A stretch of 32,000 nucleotides of DNA from Candidatus Saccharimonas aalborgensis (GTDB lineage: Bacteria > Patescibacteriota > Saccharimonadia > Saccharimonadales > Saccharimonadaceae): the NCBI RefSeq assembly GCF_000392435.1, contig NC_021219.1, positions 450,001-482,000 of the forward strand, given 5' to 3'. The number at the start of each line of letters is the position of its first letter. Positions within the stretch are counted from its first letter, which is position 1. The notes under the pieces were generated by a model. It was not told the origin of the DNA, did no database searches, and worked only from the letters and a program-made list of their open reading frames with translations. Shown piece after piece: positions 9,261-18,287 of this stretch. A program made the translations under genes and the position numbers.

Positions 9261-9880
9261 AACGTTGCTCCCTCCAGCAAAATAGCGCGTGCTGGTGCAC
9301 CATCAATGCCCGTCACCTTAATCGGCAAACACACTAACGTATAGTGGCCAGCCGGAGCGTCAGCCAGCCGCAGGTTATCGAGCGAAATGATGTCCCGTTC
9401 CATATATATTCGATGAATCACATTTGCACCATCGCGTTCGAAGCTCTGATAATCAAACCCTATTAGTGTGATACCTAGATCACGTAAATAACATGCTGCC
9501 GCCTCACTCAAAGCAACATGGTTTGGATTGTACGACTTCATAGTGTCGTAAGAATTCTTTGTTTTAAGTAGAATGCGCTTACTGGTAATGTCATGTTTCT
9601 TAAGATCTGATATTTCAATGTAATCGCTCACGCCTGTGACATCAACTACCTGGCATTCGCCCATTAAGATGTCGAGGGGTATTTCATCAGACTTCCACTT
9701 ATCAGTGAACAAGTAATACGGTGCATCAACATGAGTGCCGGCATGCGAACCAAAGTCAAGCCACGTGAAGTTAACGGGAGCCTCTGGTTGTCGAGCAACT
9801 GGTATGAGCTTTGGCTGCTGATCCTCGACCCACACTACGGTTTGCTCATTTAAATCCATTGAGATATCAATTAACTTCAT
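9257..9880 (-). CDS. Cyclase family protein (kynurenine formamidase-like metal-dependent hydrolase); likely start at Met 9880
   Basis: DFGSHAGTHVDAPYYL (HxGTHxDxP motif), NPNHVALSEAAACYLRDLGITLIGFDYQS, PAGHYTLVCLPIKVTGIDGAPARAILLE. Confidence 0.85.
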   Translation of the reverse strand: MKLIDISMDLNEQTVVWVEDQQPKLIPVARQPEAPVNFTWLDFGSHAGTHVDAPYYLFTDKWKSDEIPLDILMGECQVVDVTGVSDYIEISDLKKHDITSKRILLKTKNSYDTMKSYNPNHVALSEAAACYLRDLGITLIGFDYQSFERDGANVIHRIYMERDIISLDNLRLADAPAGHYTLVCLPIKVTGIDGAPARAILLEGATL

Positions 9881-11139
9881 ACCTTCTCCTTTTCTAATAG
9901 TGTCGCTATCCGCTCTTCCCAAGACGCTCGATTCGACTCGAGACGTTCTATAATATCGGCAACAATACCACTGCGATACTGTTTGTAGAGCGGTAATAGT
10001 TGTCTAGTAAGCGGGATTATTTTACTATCAATCAGTGCAAATCCATTCCAATAGTCTAAGTGATTTGCTACTGGCATGGGAGACCAAGCGGGTGCATGTA
10101 GCTCGAACATTTGATCAAGCAGGTCCCACGTCTCTGTTTGCCCACCACTGGCATACTCTAACTTCTTCATAAGATACCGCGCAATATCATGATTGCTCAC
10201 ATAGTCGCGTACCTGTACTTCATGTAATGCGGATTGCAACATTGTTAAAGCGTTTGACTGCTGAATCGCTACGGACAGCCTTTCATAAAATGGCGCGGTG
10301 CTCTGGCGGTGCATCCTCACATCGCGTATACGTACCCTTCTAAAGTTATGTTTTGTCACGAAGTAGTAGTAGCCGATTATATCTATGCGGTTTTCATAGG
10401 GATACGCGCCCGCTGCGTAGCACTCTAGCTCAGTTCGTTTATCGTAGAGCGCAAAAGCAATCTTCTCATACTTATCAGAGTTATCTACAAATATACAATA
10501 GGCCGAAACGCTATACTGCGGCGTCGCGGTAAACAGCCTGGTCATCGTATTAAACGTTCGCAGTACTGTTCCGGAGTTAATATATTCGTCAAACAGTAAA
10601 AACGGTTCACAGAATACTGATGCAAGCTGAGTACCTGAAACAATTGTGCGCAGAGCCTGCACGGCAACATCATTATAGATTGCATGGTCAGCAATGCTGT
10701 CATATACCGACGGATTTTCTGGCGAACTTAGAACGACATTTTGCAATATTGGTTTTGCGCATTCTGCTTTTAACGCTTCGCGCCGTGTCATGTTACCGCT
10801 TTTATATATAACAGTTTCGTCGAGTTCTTCTGGTGACAGATACGCGTAAAACCACTCCAGCAGGCTAAACTCAGTATCGCGCGGAATCTTAATCTGGTGA
10901 ATTGTAACACCACTCTTTTCAAACTCCTGCAAACGACGCAGTATGTAAATGAGTGGTGCGGTGCCACTTTCAATGACGATTACTCTTTTGTGGCCACTTT
11001 CAATGATTTTTTTGAGCACCCGCCTTGCGAGCACTATGGCTTCACTATCATTCATGTAGTGGAACCGGCGTCTGAACGCAGGGTGCGTGAAACCGCGCAG
11101 AGTATCAATTGGCTGGTCATAAGGATTACTGCTCATCAA
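9877..11139 (-). CDS. Uncharacterised 420-aa protein, possibly divergent phosphoribosyltransferase-like
   Basis: Long ORF tightly overlapped with both neighbours; FLLFDEYINSGTVLRTF resembles a PRPP-loop; KRVIVIESGTAPLIYILRRL. Confidence 0.7.
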   Translation of the reverse strand: MMSSNPYDQPIDTLRGFTHPAFRRRFHYMNDSEAIVLARRVLKKIIESGHKRVIVIESGTAPLIYILRRLQEFEKSGVTIHQIKIPRDTEFSLLEWFYAYLSPEELDETVIYKSGNMTRREALKAECAKPILQNVVLSSPENPSVYDSIADHAIYNDVAVQALRTIVSGTQLASVFCEPFLLFDEYINSGTVLRTFNTMTRLFTATPQYSVSAYCIFVDNSDKYEKIAFALYDKRTELECYAAGAYPYENRIDIIGYYYFVTKHNFRRVRIRDVRMHRQSTAPFYERLSVAIQQSNALTMLQSALHEVQVRDYVSNHDIARYLMKKLEYASGGQTETWDLLDQMFELHAPAWSPMPVANHLDYWNGFALIDSKIIPLTRQLLPLYKQYRSGIVADIIERLESNRASWEERIATLLEKEKV

Positions 11140-11794
11140 ACGCCTTTGATATTCTTATAAACTCTGCGATTTTAGACAGATCTTTACGGTCTTTTCTTAA
11201 ATATGAATCACTGTAGCAGCTCACTCCTGTTGAAACATCGGTTCCATACGGCTTTGTCAGTACCATTGCAGCCTCGACATTGTCTGGGCGCAGACCGCCG
11301 GCAATAAACACAGGCTTACTTGTGCGTTTTATAAGCTCCGCACACGCCCGCCAGTCGTTCTCACCGCCAGTACCTCCTGTATACCCCGCCACGCGCGAGT
11401 CAAGTAGGAAGAAATCGCAATAGGGCTCGTAGATTGTGAGTTTGCGCGTCGCTTCTGGGTCACTTGTAACAATTGTCTTTATGATCTTACGTTCTGTGCC
11501 CTTACGTACCGCTGCCATTTCATTCTCATCAATATCTTCCGACACTTGAATGCCACTCGACTGTATGTAGTTGGCCAAGCTTAAAATATCATCTGCTTCC
11601 GTAAGGTGTGTCACCAAAAAACTATCGACACCCTCCGGGAACTTTTTGATGATTTGGCGGACATGTTGGGCATAGGGCTCTACTTCAACGGGCAATACCC
11701 TCCCGCCCATGACAAAACCAATCGCGTCTGCGCCAAGCCCAACTGCACTCAAGGCGTCGACTTCGTTGCTGATGCCACAAATCTTTACTTGCAT
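11126..11794 (-). CDS. trpF-like: Phosphoribosylanthranilate isomerase-like (TrpF family) TIM barrel
   Basis: [54 protein letters not shown]...KDLSKIAEFI. Confidence 0.88.
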   Translation of the reverse strand: MQVKICGISNEVDALSAVGLGADAIGFVMGGRVLPVEVEPYAQHVRQIIKKFPEGVDSFLVTHLTEADDILSLANYIQSSGIQVSEDIDENEMAAVRKGTERKIIKTIVTSDPEATRKLTIYEPYCDFFLLDSRVAGYTGGTGGENDWRACAELIKRTSKPVFIAGGLRPDNVEAAMVLTKPYGTDVSTGVSCYSDSYLRKDRKDLSKIAEFIRISKAFDEQ

Positions 11795-12903
11795 GTCTCA
11801 TTTTCCTTCCCTGAAATTACTCGCGCTATTTCTTCTCGCACACGCCTGTAGTCTTCCGCAAATGTCATAAGCTCACCATTGATGTCTAGGTGATGAAACT
11901 CCATGCCACGCTCATGCGCCTCAACCGCACCAGCAACGTTTACCGCTCCGATGCTTTTAACCCTAGTAACGTCATATCCGAATCGTTCCATTTGCGCAAT
12001 CTTAAGCGGGTTGTTAGTGAGCATGATGACACTTTTATTAACTGCTAAGTAGTCAAGAATAACTGGTGTAATTTTATAGCCTACACCATCGTTTTCGCCC
12101 CGCGGGTCACCGTTAATGCCGATCGTCGTAAACCCTCCGTACATACTTGTACGATAGGTTTGTTCAGACGTATATTCACCTCGGTGACGCATAGAGGCGC
12201 GCTCCGCAAGGTCAATCACAAACTCACCTTCCGTATACCCGCTTCCCATACCGTTCTGAGAATCAACATGTAGCATTACAAACCCAACCCGACCCGGCTG
12301 TTGGCAAGTGTGCTTACCGTCACGAACCACAAACTGATCCTGCACCCAACGCTCAAACTCATCACCCGCTACTGTATCTGGTGGTGTAACCGTGTTAAAC
12401 GAGGCCGCTAATTCACGAACATTCTGCCATTGATGATGACAGTTGCACCGCTGTGAGCCGAACAGGAAAGAAGGAGTACATGCCGATTCAGCGCGGAGTA
12501 CAAATTGATCGTCGTACACGTTACCAACAATCCCAGCGTTTGCATATTCCATACCGACGCCAGGCATATACACACACGATCCTACATGGCGAGTGATATT
12601 CGGGATTTCTTTCGATGTCAACGAAAATAGTGTCGCGCCCTTATTGGCAATGATCAACGCCTTTGTCGGAATATGTAATGCGACATCATATATATTCATC
12701 AAGTCACCCTCAGCAAGCTGTTGATTTAGTGCGGTGACAAACGTGCCAATAACCGACTCAAATAGCTGGCGGTCTGTAATTCGGTATACCGTATCACCGC
12801 CTTCAGTAGGAGCCGTATCCAACACCCGTGCATACACAGCATCGTACCGCTGTATGCGCTCTATCGCTTTTTGCAAGCCATTGGTTAGTGGGGTCGCTGT
12901 CAT
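11785..12903 (-). CDS. ribA-like: GTP cyclohydrolase II (RibA)-like protein, divergent
   Basis: Zn motif C-x10-C-x-C ([14 protein letters not shown]), [25 protein letters not shown]; the RGIGL loop is replaced by SQNGMGSGY. Confidence 0.8.
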   Translation of the reverse strand: MTATPLTNGLQKAIERIQRYDAVYARVLDTAPTEGGDTVYRITDRQLFESVIGTFVTALNQQLAEGDLMNIYDVALHIPTKALIIANKGATLFSLTSKEIPNITRHVGSCVYMPGVGMEYANAGIVGNVYDDQFVLRAESACTPSFLFGSQRCNCHHQWQNVRELAASFNTVTPPDTVAGDEFERWVQDQFVVRDGKHTCQQPGRVGFVMLHVDSQNGMGSGYTEGEFVIDLAERASMRHRGEYTSEQTYRTSMYGGFTTIGINGDPRGENDGVGYKITPVILDYLAVNKSVIMLTNNPLKIAQMERFGYDVTRVKSIGAVNVAGAVEAHERGMEFHHLDINGELMTFAEDYRRVREEIARVISGKENETCK

Positions 12904-13709
12904 GATAGTTTCTCCTCTCTTCTGTGATATGTATATAGTTCCGATGGTCTATGTCCGCCCGTACGCACCGTGTTACCTGTTTTTTGAACTTTCTTGGCAA
13001 TCGTCCGGCGAAATGCGGGTGTCCAGACTTCACGACCCAGGATTGCTTCATAGACCTGCTGAAGCTCTCCAAGCGTAAACTGCTGCGGCATCATGTTAAA
13101 TACAATGTCAGAAGACACGGTTTTTTGGCGCAACAATTGCAGCCCAAACAAAATCATCTGGCAATGGTCAAAGGCAACGCCATTATTTTGAACAATCTCA
13201 TAACCATACAGCGACGATGTAGGATGTAGCTTCAGTTGCTTGGCTGAAAATGCCACGGTCATCGTACCATCTGTTAAGCTAACATGGATACTATTCTTGC
13301 GTTGCTTCACAGCAAGCTTCATCCACAATGCACCGTCACTCAGTGACTCGTTGCCCATCGTTTTGTCAACAAGCGACATAAACACCGTGCTAATTACTCT
13401 ACCTCGCGGGTCGCGGTCAACGCTGCTAAATGTATGTATCTGTTCGCTATAAATATTGTGAAGACCCGTTTCTCGCTCCAACACCCTGTCTGTCGCGTCA
13501 CGCAGTGTTTCGTTATTGCGCACAAAACCACCCGGCAGACTCCAGCTACCTGCAAATGGGGCCTTGTCCCTTTTGACCAACAGGATACTGATGTCCTTTG
13601 TCGGTGATCGACGTAGTTCTGTAGACGGCGTCGTGGCAACTGAAAACAACAGCGTGTCAACGGCAACCAATATTGTTTGTTCTTTGACTGACTTACTTAT
13701 CATTATCAT
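12900..13709 (-). CDS. NUDIX-domain transcriptional regulator (NrtR-like, NUDIX + C-terminal winged helix)
   Basis: [29 protein letters not shown] (degenerate Nudix box) plus [32 protein letters not shown] (NrtR-type C-terminal domain). Confidence 0.82.
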   Translation of the reverse strand: MIMISKSVKEQTILVAVDTLLFSVATTPSTELRRSPTKDISILLVKRDKAPFAGSWSLPGGFVRNNETLRDATDRVLERETGLHNIYSEQIHTFSSVDRDPRGRVISTVFMSLVDKTMGNESLSDGALWMKLAVKQRKNSIHVSLTDGTMTVAFSAKQLKLHPTSSLYGYEIVQNNGVAFDHCQMILFGLQLLRQKTVSSDIVFNMMPQQFTLGELQQVYEAILGREVWTPAFRRTIAKKVQKTGNTVRTGGHRPSELYTYHRREEKLS

Positions 13710-13850
13710 CTTTCTCCACTTATTAACATTCTATTACTAAGTGCACGGAATGTCAATATTTATTTTTCGCAGTACTTTCAGCCCCACTATTGTGCTATTG
13801 CTAATCGTTCATCGTATGGTCGACATAGCCAACGAGCAATGTGATAATCC

Positions 13851-14369
13851 TCAATCTGTAAAAGATTTAACTTCTTGTAACATCACGTTGACAATATGTT
13901 CAATGCTCATGTCTTTGCTGAGCACCTTTTCGCCCGGCACACCCAAATAATCTTTTTCGTTCCACCACTCGCGCATTTCTTTTTCTCCAAATTCGTGGGC
14001 ATTTGGTTTAGTGGCGTGCCTACATAGCGTCTCCTCAAATGGTATATCAAAGTAATAGACGTACACTTCGTCAAACCTATTTGCTAGGCGGCGAAGCATT
14101 GGACCATACTTTTTTGTAGCAAGTATGCCTTCGAGTATCACAGTACGCCGTTGCTGACGGCCAAACTCCACCACCAGTTCTATTAACTCAATCACCGAGC
14201 GTTTCTCTAGCATATCGCGCTCTCGCAGCATGTCACGTCGCAGCACATCTTGCTGGACGAGCAGGGTATTGTCACTTAGACTGTCACCAATTCTGCTACG
14301 CAGTTCTTTGGCAACGGTCGTTTTCCCGCTACCCGAATTTCCGCGAATGATGATGAGTGTTGAGGACAT
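13851..14369 (-). CDS. P-loop kinase-like protein (AAA_33/zeta-like)
   Basis: LIIIRGNSGSGKTTVAKELRSRIG; VILEGILATKKYGPMLRRLANRFDEVYVYYFDIPFEETLCRH. Confidence 0.75.
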   Translation of the reverse strand: MSSTLIIIRGNSGSGKTTVAKELRSRIGDSLSDNTLLVQQDVLRRDMLRERDMLEKRSVIELIELVVEFGRQQRRTVILEGILATKKYGPMLRRLANRFDEVYVYYFDIPFEETLCRHATKPNAHEFGEKEMREWWNEKDYLGVPGEKVLSKDMSIEHIVNVMLQEVKSFTD

Positions 14370-14396
14370 ATCGATATTCTCTAAAATGATATGCCT

Positions 14397-14831
14397 TTAG
14401 CCATCAATCTTATGTATATCGCCGTTCAGTACGATCGGTTCGAGTCCCAAAATCTCATCAAGCAGCGGAGACTCATCCGGTATGCCATTGAGAATATAAA
14501 TGGGTTTATGTAGGAAAAAGGCAACCGACATTTCCATCAGCACATTTGGGCCTATGTAGTTACTACTGCCATGCTTTTCGTAATTCATGACGAGAATTGC
14601 ATCACTTTTTGCTATTTCTTCGAAGTGCTCGCGTATCAGCACTGCCTTACCATGGTAACCTTGGGGTGACGCCTGCCAATCAGTGGTCGCTTCGTCGTTT
14701 TCTCTGCCCTCTGCTCGCATTGTTGCGGCTGTTTTTGGTAGTACGACCGTAAACCCCATCGCCTCCAGCTTGGGGCAAAACGCAATTACTTCGTTATAGA
14801 AACTCGCACTCGCACATAAAGCCAAGATCAT
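14397..14831 (-). CDS. Small Rossmann-like protein, nucleoside 2-deoxyribosyltransferase-like (track start 14900 is TTG; Met 14831 likely)
   Basis: MILALCASASFYNEVIAFCPKLEAMGFTVVLP...IAKSDAILVMNYEKHGSSNYIGPNVLMEMSVAFFLHKPIYIL resembles the NDT/TIR-like nucleoside-hydrolysing fold. Confidence 0.55.
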   Translation of the reverse strand: MILALCASASFYNEVIAFCPKLEAMGFTVVLPKTAATMRAEGRENDEATTDWQASPQGYHGKAVLIREHFEEIAKSDAILVMNYEKHGSSNYIGPNVLMEMSVAFFLHKPIYILNGIPDESPLLDEILGLEPIVLNGDIHKIDG

Positions 14832-15044
14832 AAATCTATCATACCAAGAATTGGGAAAAGTCCCACCAGCATATAGACGATAACTGTTTATCAAATCCAA
14901 AATGGGATATAGAATATAGGGTTAATCCCTATTAGGTGTTATTAATTGCTTCTTTGCTTGGCCCACAACGATAGAGAAAGCTATAACTGAGGTAAAAGAA
15001 GATTGCAGCTCAGTCAGCAAGCAGGTTAATGCTAAAATACTTGT

Positions 15045-15779
15045 ATGAAGATAATGTCACTCAATATGTGGCAGGGACGTCTAGAGCGTGTTCTGCTAAA
15101 ACATCTAGAAAATTCGGGCGTAGACTTTGCCTGTATGCAGGAAGCAGTTGACTACGATGGACAGTCGTTAGGACTAATCACTTCCTACCAAAAAGTAGGA
15201 AAGAGCCTGGGCTTACATGAGCAATTTTTCTCGAAACTAATTTCAAGCAAATTAGGCGATAAAGAACTGGCATTTGGAAACGCAATTTATTCCAATATCC
15301 CTTTTATGCAGACGAGCACGGTATTTACTAGGGGTGAGTATAAAAACGATTTTAATTTTGACGAGGACGATTACAACATTCGCGCCTTCCAACATGTTCA
15401 GGTAGTAATAGGCGGCAAAAAGCTGAATATCTTAAATCACCATGGGCACCATATTGACTCACATAAGCTGGGCGACGAAGAAACGATGCGTCAGGTTAAG
15501 CAGTTATGCGATTACATAAAAGGCCTTGACGGTTCGGTGATACTCTGTGGCGACTTCAACCTTGCGCCCGAAAGCGAATCAATAAAACTTATTGATTCGT
15601 GTCTAGATAATCTTTCAGTGAAGCATTCGCTCAAAACTACTCGCTCAAAACTAACATACAAAAATGAGGTGTGCGACTATATTTTTGCTAGTAGTGATAT
15701 CAAAGTAAACAGCTTTATGATGGATGAAACGATCATTTCTGATCACAATGCGTTAATACTTGACTTTGATTTGGTGTAA
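15045..15779 (+). CDS. Endonuclease/exonuclease/phosphatase (EEP) family protein
   Basis: MKIMSLNMWQGR, MQEAVDYDG, LNILNHHGHHI, VILCGDFNLAPESESI, SDHNALILDFDL. Confidence 0.88.
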   Translation: MKIMSLNMWQGRLERVLLKHLENSGVDFACMQEAVDYDGQSLGLITSYQKVGKSLGLHEQFFSKLISSKLGDKELAFGNAIYSNIPFMQTSTVFTRGEYKNDFNFDEDDYNIRAFQHVQVVIGGKKLNILNHHGHHIDSHKLGDEETMRQVKQLCDYIKGLDGSVILCGDFNLAPESESIKLIDSCLDNLSVKHSLKTTRSKLTYKNEVCDYIFASSDIKVNSFMMDETIISDHNALILDFDLV

Positions 15780-15890
15780 ACGGTTTCAATTCTAGTCTGG
15801 GGTATGAAAAAGTCAGAATCTTATTACAGTTCTCACTTTGTCTTTTACGGCTTGGCTCGCACTGGCAAACGAACTGCGAACGGCAAGTAT

Positions 15891-15960
15891 GGGCTATGCC
15901 GACAGCGAAGTTCGTAATATAAAAGGCTTGTTGCTAGGCGTGGCATAGCCCCCCTATGCC
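15891..15960. other. Overlapping inverted repeats (two mutually exclusive hairpins) in intergenic region
   Basis: GGGCTATGCC 15891-15900 pairs with GGCATAGCCC 15942-15951; GGCATAG 15942-15948 also pairs with CTATGCC 15954-15960 (5-nt C loop). Confidence 0.5.
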
Positions 15961-16135
15961 TTGACCCTGATATTTTCGGAAGCCCGTAAACGCACTACCT
16001 ACCTAAATTATCGTGGCTAACAAAAAATCGTATGTTTTCCGTTTAGCCCAACAATTCAGCAAGTCTAACAGTGGTCAGGTTGTTAGGAAAGATTGTTGGC
16101 TTCAACCTGTGTTGATACGGCTGTAAAATAGCAAT

Positions 16136-17086
16136 ATGACAAAGCAGATAACAAAGAAACAACACTTCGCACCACGCTTTTACTTCAAGCGGTTTGCGGT
16201 TGATAATATGTTACAGACTTTAGATATTCAAAAAGGCAAACTCATAAAACCACGACCTTATAGCGGTGTCTGTTATGCCGACTTTTACTACGCCGTTGAA
16301 ACTGGAAAAGAAGACGAAACAAGCCAAGTGTTTGAGCAGTTTTTCGGCGAGATTGAAGATAAGTTTGCCAAAGAATACGACAACATCATTGACGCAATAT
16401 GGAATTATAGACCACTGACAGACCAACAGTTAGATACTCTTGCGTGGTTTATGGCGTCCTTGTGGATTAGAAGCCCGCATATGCGAAACCAAGTGAATAA
16501 GACTATGGCTGACGGTATGAAACAAATGACTACAATGATGGCTTCGCACCCGAACTTTACCGAAGGTGCTAAAAAGGCTATGGAAGAAGAAGGACATCAA
16601 GTAACCGATGAACAAATTGAAGACGCCAGAAAAACATTTGTAAGTGGCGAATACGAACTGACTTTTGATAATAACGTCAACCACCTAAACCTGATTGCCC
16701 ACTGCGAAGAGTTTTACAGATGGTTTCTTATAAAAAACTGGCGGTTCTATCTAGCCAAAGGCTCAAAAAAGTTCGTAACTACGGACACGCCAGTGATTGA
16801 AGTTTTCAATAACACTGGTAAGACAATGGTTGAAAAAATGTACAGCAACCACATCGCCCAAAGACGACACTACCTTGCCCTGACACCTGAAATACTTATT
16901 GAACTTATAGACCCTCTAAAGTCTGGTAAAAAGCAGAAACGCCACGCTATAACAAATGATGAAATGATAATTCAGAGTAACTTACTACTTGTGCGTTGGT
17001 CTAAAGACTACGCATATGCCAACAACAAAGAGTATCTGGAAGACTTATTGCCCTTCTATACAGGCGTACCGACAGAAGTGATATAA
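16136..17086 (+). CDS. DUF4238 domain-containing protein
   Basis: KKQHFAPRFYFKRFAVDN...YADFYYAVETGKEDETSQVFEQFFGEIEDKFA...FVTTDTPVI. Confidence 0.88.
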   Translation: MTKQITKKQHFAPRFYFKRFAVDNMLQTLDIQKGKLIKPRPYSGVCYADFYYAVETGKEDETSQVFEQFFGEIEDKFAKEYDNIIDAIWNYRPLTDQQLDTLAWFMASLWIRSPHMRNQVNKTMADGMKQMTTMMASHPNFTEGAKKAMEEEGHQVTDEQIEDARKTFVSGEYELTFDNNVNHLNLIAHCEEFYRWFLIKNWRFYLAKGSKKFVTTDTPVIEVFNNTGKTMVEKMYSNHIAQRRHYLALTPEILIELIDPLKSGKKQKRHAITNDEMIIQSNLLLVRWSKDYAYANNKEYLEDLLPFYTGVPTEVI

Positions 17087-17098
17087 GGTTGGAAAAGG

Positions 17099-17290
17099 TT
17101 ACTTATTGGCGTTATGTCGCTTGGAAATACGTAGATACACAAACAATAACGGCACGAACACAACTATCGCCACGACAGTAGTTACAAGCAGGTTAGTACC
17201 TTCTGGGTCATTGGGATTGGCAAGCCATAGGACTAGTCTTGAAGTGGCAAAAGACACTATCACAAGTATGAGCAAGGTAACGTATTTCAT
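17099..17290 (-). CDS. Small membrane protein, hypothetical
   Basis: Two predicted TM segments: YVTLLILVIVSFATSRLVLWL and LLVTTVVAIVVFVPLLFVYLRI. Confidence 0.5.
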   Translation of the reverse strand: MKYVTLLILVIVSFATSRLVLWLANPNDPEGTNLLVTTVVAIVVFVPLLFVYLRISKRHNANK

Positions 17291-17296
17291 AATTGG

Positions 17297-18151
17297 CTAC
17301 TTTATCTCTCGTGCATACAGTGCTTTTACAAACTCTGGGTCATCGTGATTGACGAACAGACCCTTGTTTTCGTCCAGCCCAGCAATAGCGGTCATATCTT
17401 CGTCTGACAACTCAAAGTCAAACACATTGAAGTTTTCAACTATACGCTCTTTATGCGTTGATTTTGGTATGGCTACCACACCACGCTGTATATTCCAACG
17501 TAACACAACCTGCCCGACAGACTTGCCGTGTGCCTTTGCGATACGAGCCAGCGTTTCGTTAGTGAATAAGTCTTGCCTGCCTTCCGCAAAAGGTGCCCAG
17601 CCTTCGTGAATAATGCCATATTCGTCCAAAATCTTACGTGCTTCTGCTTGCTGATTGAAGGGGTGTGTTTCAATCTGATTGACCATTGGCTTGATTTTAT
17701 TGTTCAGCACAAAATCAACCACCTTCACACTAGTAAAGTTAGACACGCCGATGGCTTTTACTTTACCTGCCTCATACAATTCTTCCATCGCTCGCCACGC
17801 ACCGAATACGTCATTATATGGTTGGTGTATCAGATATAAATCAACGTATTCTACGCCAAGTTTATCTAGTGAACGTTGAAAAGCCTCTTTTGTCTTTTCG
17901 TAGGTAGCGTCAGCGAGCCACAATTTAGTTGTCAGAAAAATATCTTCTCGTGGCACACCACTACGCTTGATACCACGACCAACGGCTTCTTCATTTTGAT
18001 ACGACTGTGCGGTGTCTATAAGGCGATACCCAGCCTGTAATGCGTCATAGACGCTCTGTTCGGCTTCTTCGTTAGTCATCTGAAAAACACCAAAGCCAAG
18101 AGCGGGCATTTGGACACCGTTATATAGGGTAACTGTCGGAACTTTTGTCAT
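17297..18151 (-). CDS. Aldo/keto reductase
   Basis: MPALGFGVFQM, AGYRLIDTAQSYQNEEAVGRGIK, IFLTTKLWLADATYEKT, YVDLYLIHQP, VQVVLRWNIQRGVVAIPKSTHKERI. Confidence 0.96.
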   Translation of the reverse strand: MTKVPTVTLYNGVQMPALGFGVFQMTNEEAEQSVYDALQAGYRLIDTAQSYQNEEAVGRGIKRSGVPREDIFLTTKLWLADATYEKTKEAFQRSLDKLGVEYVDLYLIHQPYNDVFGAWRAMEELYEAGKVKAIGVSNFTSVKVVDFVLNNKIKPMVNQIETHPFNQQAEARKILDEYGIIHEGWAPFAEGRQDLFTNETLARIAKAHGKSVGQVVLRWNIQRGVVAIPKSTHKERIVENFNVFDFELSDEDMTAIAGLDENKGLFVNHDDPEFVKALYAREIK

Positions 18152-18287
18152 TACGTCCTTTTCTATAAATACTTTATATCTCTATTATACGCCCCGCCGA
18201 TAGGGGGGTAGTCGCCCTTTGTTTCGCCGTTTGACACTCCGCTATATGAAATGCCGATTTTTTGGGGGTCATTTTGCCAAGCGTTTT

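Noticed and set aside
12734-13078. Plus-strand ORFs (114 aa, and 12951-13229) over the GCHII/NUDIX genes
   Set aside because: Antisense shadows of well-supported coding genes.
13741-13950. Plus-strand ORF of 69 aa in the gap before the 13851-14369 kinase
   Set aside because: Partly antisense to the kinase gene and without protein-like features.
14916-14932. Inverted repeat ATAGGG-TTAAT-CCCTAT upstream of the 14397-14900 ORF
   Set aside because: 6-bp arms of low complexity with no second copy noticed; could be chance, kept only as a weak operator idea.
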